Source: Thermoproteota archaeon (GTDB lineage: Archaea > Korarchaeota > Korarchaeia > Korarchaeales > Korarchaeaceae). Taken from it: a stretch of 19,939 bases of DNA. The stretch is from contig JAOZFG010000020.1 in NCBI GenBank assembly GCA_027491435.1, positions 1 to 19,939 of the forward strand, in the 5' to 3' direction. The notes beneath the pieces are model-generated. The model was not told where the DNA came from. It was given only the letters and a program-made list of their open reading frames with translations, and ran no database searches. The translations under genes and the position numbers were made by a program. Below, piece after piece: positions 16,660 through 19,939 of the stretch (position 1 is its first letter; each line of letters opens with the position of its first letter).

Positions 16660-17759
16660 TCCTCAAGGGGAGGCGGGGCAAGTACCAAATAGTGAAGAAA
16701 ATAGCTGAGGGGGGCTTCTCCAAGGTTTACCTAGCTAAGAGCAGGGACGGCATGGTAGTTGTGAAGACGCCTAAGTCTGAGGTGCCACTCTCCTTCGAGA
16801 TAATTAGGGAGGAGGCCAGCATTCTTAAGGCCATATCTACGCCGAAGCCTCATGAGAATATAGTGGCCTTCATAGATTGGGTACCGAGCTATCCGGCGCT
16901 GGTGCAGGAGTACGTTCCGGGCCCTCAGCTTGACAAGGTTTATGCTAGGAGGAGGGCCCGTAAGGAGGAGGCGATAAGGATAGTTCTGGGCGTTCTGTCG
17001 GCCTTAAACAGAATGCACTCCTTGGGGGTGGTCCACGGGGACGTCAAGCCAAATAACATAATGATGCCCAAGCCCCTGGTGCCTGTTCTAATAGATATGG
17101 GGTCAGCCAAGAGGGCTGGCTCCGAGTCCCTAGCAGGAACGCCTGGGTGGAGCTCCCCTGAGTTTATGGAAGGTCAAGTGTCGGTCGAGGCTGATATATA
17201 CTCAGTGGGAGTCCTTCTACTCTACCTACTATCAGGTATTGACCCTGTTGAGCCCCTAACCCCTGAAGACGTGCCCTCTACTATTCCAGATCAGGTCTCC
17301 GAGGTGATAAGGAGGGCCCTTAACCCAAACCCTTGGAAGAGGTTCCACAGCGTCAAAGAGATGGAAATGGCTTTAATGGGCCTAAAAATACCTAGACAAG
17401 AAGGGCCGAGGCTCATAGCCGGAGGTAGGGTAATCCTGCTGGAGGGCAGGGATAGACTGATAATAGCCAGGTCTAGGACCCAAGGGGGTACTGGAAGGGC
17501 TGACGTAGAGCTTTACGAATTCGGAGGTAAGAGGTTAATCCCTAGAGGGCCCCCATACGAGTGGATAGAGGTCGTCAAGGTGGGTGGCGAGTACTGGATA
17601 AGCGACAAGGGGTCGCCTGCAGGCGTCTGGATCTTCAGGGGGGAGTGGAAGAGGGTCGTGGATTACCCCCTCAGGCACGGGGACCTCGTATCAATAGGCA
17701 TTAGGAGGAGGGCCGGAAGGCTCTACCCTTACGCACCCTTGAGATACCTTTCATACTAG
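16656..17759 (+). CDS. Hanks-type Ser/Thr protein kinase with C-terminal degenerate FHA-like domain
   Basis: IAEGGFSKVY, VVVK, alphaC Glu (EEASIL), HGDVKPNN, DMG, GTPGWSSPE, DIYSVG and final R (PWKRF). The C-terminal YWISDKGS-G-W ... LRHGDLVSIG is FHA-like. ATGA overlap with the upstream gene. Confidence 0.9.
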   Translation: MILKGRRGKYQIVKKIAEGGFSKVYLAKSRDGMVVVKTPKSEVPLSFEIIREEASILKAISTPKPHENIVAFIDWVPSYPALVQEYVPGPQLDKVYARRRARKEEAIRIVLGVLSALNRMHSLGVVHGDVKPNNIMMPKPLVPVLIDMGSAKRAGSESLAGTPGWSSPEFMEGQVSVEADIYSVGVLLLYLLSGIDPVEPLTPEDVPSTIPDQVSEVIRRALNPNPWKRFHSVKEMEMALMGLKIPRQEGPRLIAGGRVILLEGRDRLIIARSRTQGGTGRADVELYEFGGKRLIPRGPPYEWIEVVKVGGEYWISDKGSPAGVWIFRGEWKRVVDYPLRHGDLVSIGIRRRAGRLYPYAPLRYLSY

Positions 17760-17773
17760 CCTTTACTTTTTTA
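17760..17773 (+). terminator. Oligo-T tract after the kinase stop; possible terminator and/or TATA for mrp
   Basis: CTTTACTTTTTTA directly follows the stop and lies ~30 nt upstream of ATG 17803. Confidence 0.4.
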
Positions 17774-17802
17774 CGGAGTTCCTCCAGGCAACAAGGGATA
17801 CT

Positions 17803-18651
17803 ATGCCAATACAGGCTCAGTTTAAACCTACCGCCGTACCCGGGATTCCCCAGCCTCCTGAGAGGATAAAGAAGATAAGGTGGAAGATAGCCGTGATGAG
17901 TGGAAAAGGAGGGGTTGGAAAGACCACCGTAGCGGTCAACATAGCTGCAGAGCTCTCCAGGAGAGGGTATTCGGTAGGCATATTCGACTCCGACATAACC
18001 GGCCCAAACGTTCCCAAAGCCTTAGGCATGCTTAAAGTGCCAATATACGCTTCAGGGGACAGCATAATACCTGCGGAGGGCCCCAACGGAATAAAAGTAA
18101 TATCGATGGGCTTAATGATAAGGGAAGGGGATCCGGTCATATGGAGAGGCCCTCTCAAGAATAAGTTCATTCAAGAGGTGCTGAACAGCGTTGAGTGGGG
18201 TGACCTAGACTGGCTTGTTGTGGATCTTCCTCCTGGGACAGGAGATGAACCTCTCAGCGTAATGCAGCTCATCCCCCTTGACGGGGTGGTCATAGTCACA
18301 ACCCCGCAAGAGGTGGCGCTGATGGACGTCAGGAGGGCAGTGCACATGGCCAGGAAGATGGACGTCAAGGTGCTGGGCATAGTAGAGAACATGAGTTACC
18401 TAAGATGCCCTAACGGAGATATAGTGAGGATCTTCGGCTCTAATGGGGGTAAGAAGTTGGCTGAGGAAGAGAACGTCCCCTTCCTGGCTGAGGTTCCAAT
18501 GGATCCTGAGGTTGCTAAACTCACCGATCTAGGAATACCTGTAGCCCTTAATAGGCCAGATAGCGAGGTTGGTAAGGCCTTCCAGGAGATAGTTGATAAG
18601 ATACTGGAACAGCTTGGAGCCGCTCATGGGAAGGATGGGGAGCAAAGTTAA
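17803..18651 (+). CDS. mrp: Mrp/NBP35 (ApbC) family Fe-S cluster carrier ATPase
   Basis: SGKGGVGKTT, D-DITGP, VIWRGP, WGDLD-L-VDLPPGTGD, VTTPQ and GIVENMS. Confidence 0.94.
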   Translation: MPIQAQFKPTAVPGIPQPPERIKKIRWKIAVMSGKGGVGKTTVAVNIAAELSRRGYSVGIFDSDITGPNVPKALGMLKVPIYASGDSIIPAEGPNGIKVISMGLMIREGDPVIWRGPLKNKFIQEVLNSVEWGDLDWLVVDLPPGTGDEPLSVMQLIPLDGVVIVTTPQEVALMDVRRAVHMARKMDVKVLGIVENMSYLRCPNGDIVRIFGSNGGKKLAEEENVPFLAEVPMDPEVAKLTDLGIPVALNRPDSEVGKAFQEIVDKILEQLGAAHGKDGEQS

Positions 18652-18654
18652 CGG

Positions 18655-18689
18655 TTATATTATATCGAGAATTAAAATAGAGAGGGTGA
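18655..18689 (+). promoter_or_regulatory. TATA box and ribosome-binding site of citrate synthase
   Basis: TTATATTATAT at 18655-18665 and GAGGGTGA at 18682-18689, 5 nt before TTG 18695. Confidence 0.6.
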
Positions 18690-18694
18690 GCTGA

Positions 18695-19852
18695 TTGTCA
18701 GAGGTGCCCCTTCACATAGGTTTGAGAGGCATATACGTTGCCAAAAGCTCCCTAAGCTATATTGACGGTGCGGCTGGTAAGCTGATCTATAGGGGTTATG
18801 CCATAGAAGATCTAGCCGAAAAGGCCAGCTATGAGGAGGTGCTGTACCTGCTCTGGTTCGGTAAGCTTCCCAACAAGAAGGAGTTAGAAGATATGAAGAC
18901 CTTCATGGCAGAGGAGAGGGAAATACCTGAGCAGGTCGTGGAAATAATATCGAAGCTGCCGAAGGACACTCACCCGATGGACGTCTTGAGGACCGGAGTA
19001 TCGGCCCTATCTGGATTCGATCCGGACCTTCCCAAGATATGGGGTCCCAAGATAAATGAGTATAAGGAGGAGAATGTCAGGATAGGCTTAAGGATCACTT
19101 CGAAGATGCCGACCATAGTGGCATACTTCTACAGGATGAGGGAGGGCAAGGAGCTAGTACATCCCAGGAAAGACTTGAGCCACGCCGCGAACTTCCTCTA
19201 CATGATGTGGGGCAGGGAGCCCACCGAGCTGGAGGGCAAGATAATGGATATGGCCCTAATATTGCACGCTGACCACGGTGCCAACGCCTCCACCTTTAAC
19301 TGCATGGTGACCGCTTCAACGCTGTCAGACCTCTACTCCTCTGTTGTCTCTGGGATCTCAACTTTGAAAGGCCCCTGGCACGGTGGAGCTAATGAGGCAG
19401 CGTTGAGGATGTTGCTTGAGATAGGAAGCCCCGACAGGGCCAGAGAGTATGTGGAGGAAAAGCTTAGAAGGAAGGAGAGGATAATGGGCTTCGGTCACAG
19501 GGTTTACAAGGCCTACGACCCCAGGGCTAGGATACTGAAAAAGTACGCCGAGAAGCTAGCCAAGGAGACTGGCAATGAGAACCTGTTCCAGACGGCCCTT
19601 GAGGTGGAGAAGGTGATGGTAGAGCTCTTGGGTGGCAAGGGCATATTCCCGAACGTGGACTTCTACTCAGGGCAGGTTTACCACATGCTAGGCATACCTA
19701 CTGACCTGTTCACGCCGATATTCGCAATATCAAGGGTGGCCGGGTGGATAGGTCACGTCTTGGAGTACTGGGAGGAGAACGTCCTAATAAGGCCTAGATT
19801 CGTTTACACCGGGCCAATGCACCAGGAGTTCGTCCCCTTAGAGGTGAGATGA
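18695..19852 (+). CDS. gltA: Citrate synthase (short dimeric archaeal type; 2-methylcitrate synthase not excluded)
   Basis: GL-G, L-YRGY, LILHADHG-NAST, GP-HGGANE, MGFGHRVYK-YDPRA, PNVDFYSG and SR-GW. Confidence 0.95.
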   Translation: MSEVPLHIGLRGIYVAKSSLSYIDGAAGKLIYRGYAIEDLAEKASYEEVLYLLWFGKLPNKKELEDMKTFMAEEREIPEQVVEIISKLPKDTHPMDVLRTGVSALSGFDPDLPKIWGPKINEYKEENVRIGLRITSKMPTIVAYFYRMREGKELVHPRKDLSHAANFLYMMWGREPTELEGKIMDMALILHADHGANASTFNCMVTASTLSDLYSSVVSGISTLKGPWHGGANEAALRMLLEIGSPDRAREYVEEKLRRKERIMGFGHRVYKAYDPRARILKKYAEKLAKETGNENLFQTALEVEKVMVELLGGKGIFPNVDFYSGQVYHMLGIPTDLFTPIFAISRVAGWIGHVLEYWEENVLIRPRFVYTGPMHQEFVPLEVR

Positions 19853-19875
19853 ACTCTTCACCTTCCTTTTTATTG
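19853..19875 (+). terminator. Pyrimidine/oligo-T tract after gltA, putative archaeal terminator
   Basis: CTCTTCACCTTCCTTTTTATT directly downstream of the TGA. Confidence 0.45.
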
Positions 19876-19939
19876 AAACCGTCCCAAAACGTTTCTACAT
19901 CTCGGTGAATATCTTTATTAATGGTCTCCGGATGATGTG

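Noticed and set aside
542-18392. Short alternative-frame or antisense ORFs (e.g. 542-760, 1243-1569, 5175-5477, 8192-8608, 12986-13297, 13266-13640, 17817-18170)
   Set aside because: They lie within or mostly overlap well-supported genes and show no recognisable motifs.
19850-19939. ATTGAAAC (19872-19879), resembling the 3' end of many CRISPR repeats
   Set aside because: Single copy, with no second repeat in the following 60 nt and no cas genes. Better explained as terminator/promoter sequence, though the adjacent window should be checked.
19912-19939. TTTATTAA followed by ATGATG, a possible C/D-box sRNA start
   Set aside because: The C box is imperfect and cut by the window edge, and no D box is visible.

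Overview
Gene-dense window from an archaeon, probably an anaerobic (hyper)thermophile of the TACK group. The taxonomy is inferred from AGG/ATA-rich codons, GGTG/GGAGG ribosome-binding sites, TATA-type promoters and archaeal gene families. From left to right: the 3' end of moaA; a translationally coupled minus-strand operon (Ard1 N-acetyltransferase, TusA-like protein, ahcY, COG2108-type radical SAM, HTH/Zn-finger regulator, HD nucleotidase); an M50 site-2 protease and a GT2 glycosyltransferase converging on an 1100-aa GT-C-like membrane protein; a coiled-coil / SecB-like / PHP trio; tungsten formaldehyde:ferredoxin oxidoreductase (for); an overlapping run of the LipS-type lipoyl synthase pair, YbaK, a membrane-FHA protein and a Ser/Thr kinase with a degenerate FHA; then Mrp/NBP35 and citrate synthase. 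I found no rRNA, tRNA, CRISPR array or mobile element. The best candidates for something new are the membrane receptor-like FHA protein with a Tyr/Glu/Arg-rich linker coupled to a non-RD kinase, a Cys-less TusA homolog, the GT-C-like protein with a lectin-like ectodomain paired with a GT2, and a dyad-symmetric bidirectional promoter. Family assignments come from motif recognition only; no searches were run.
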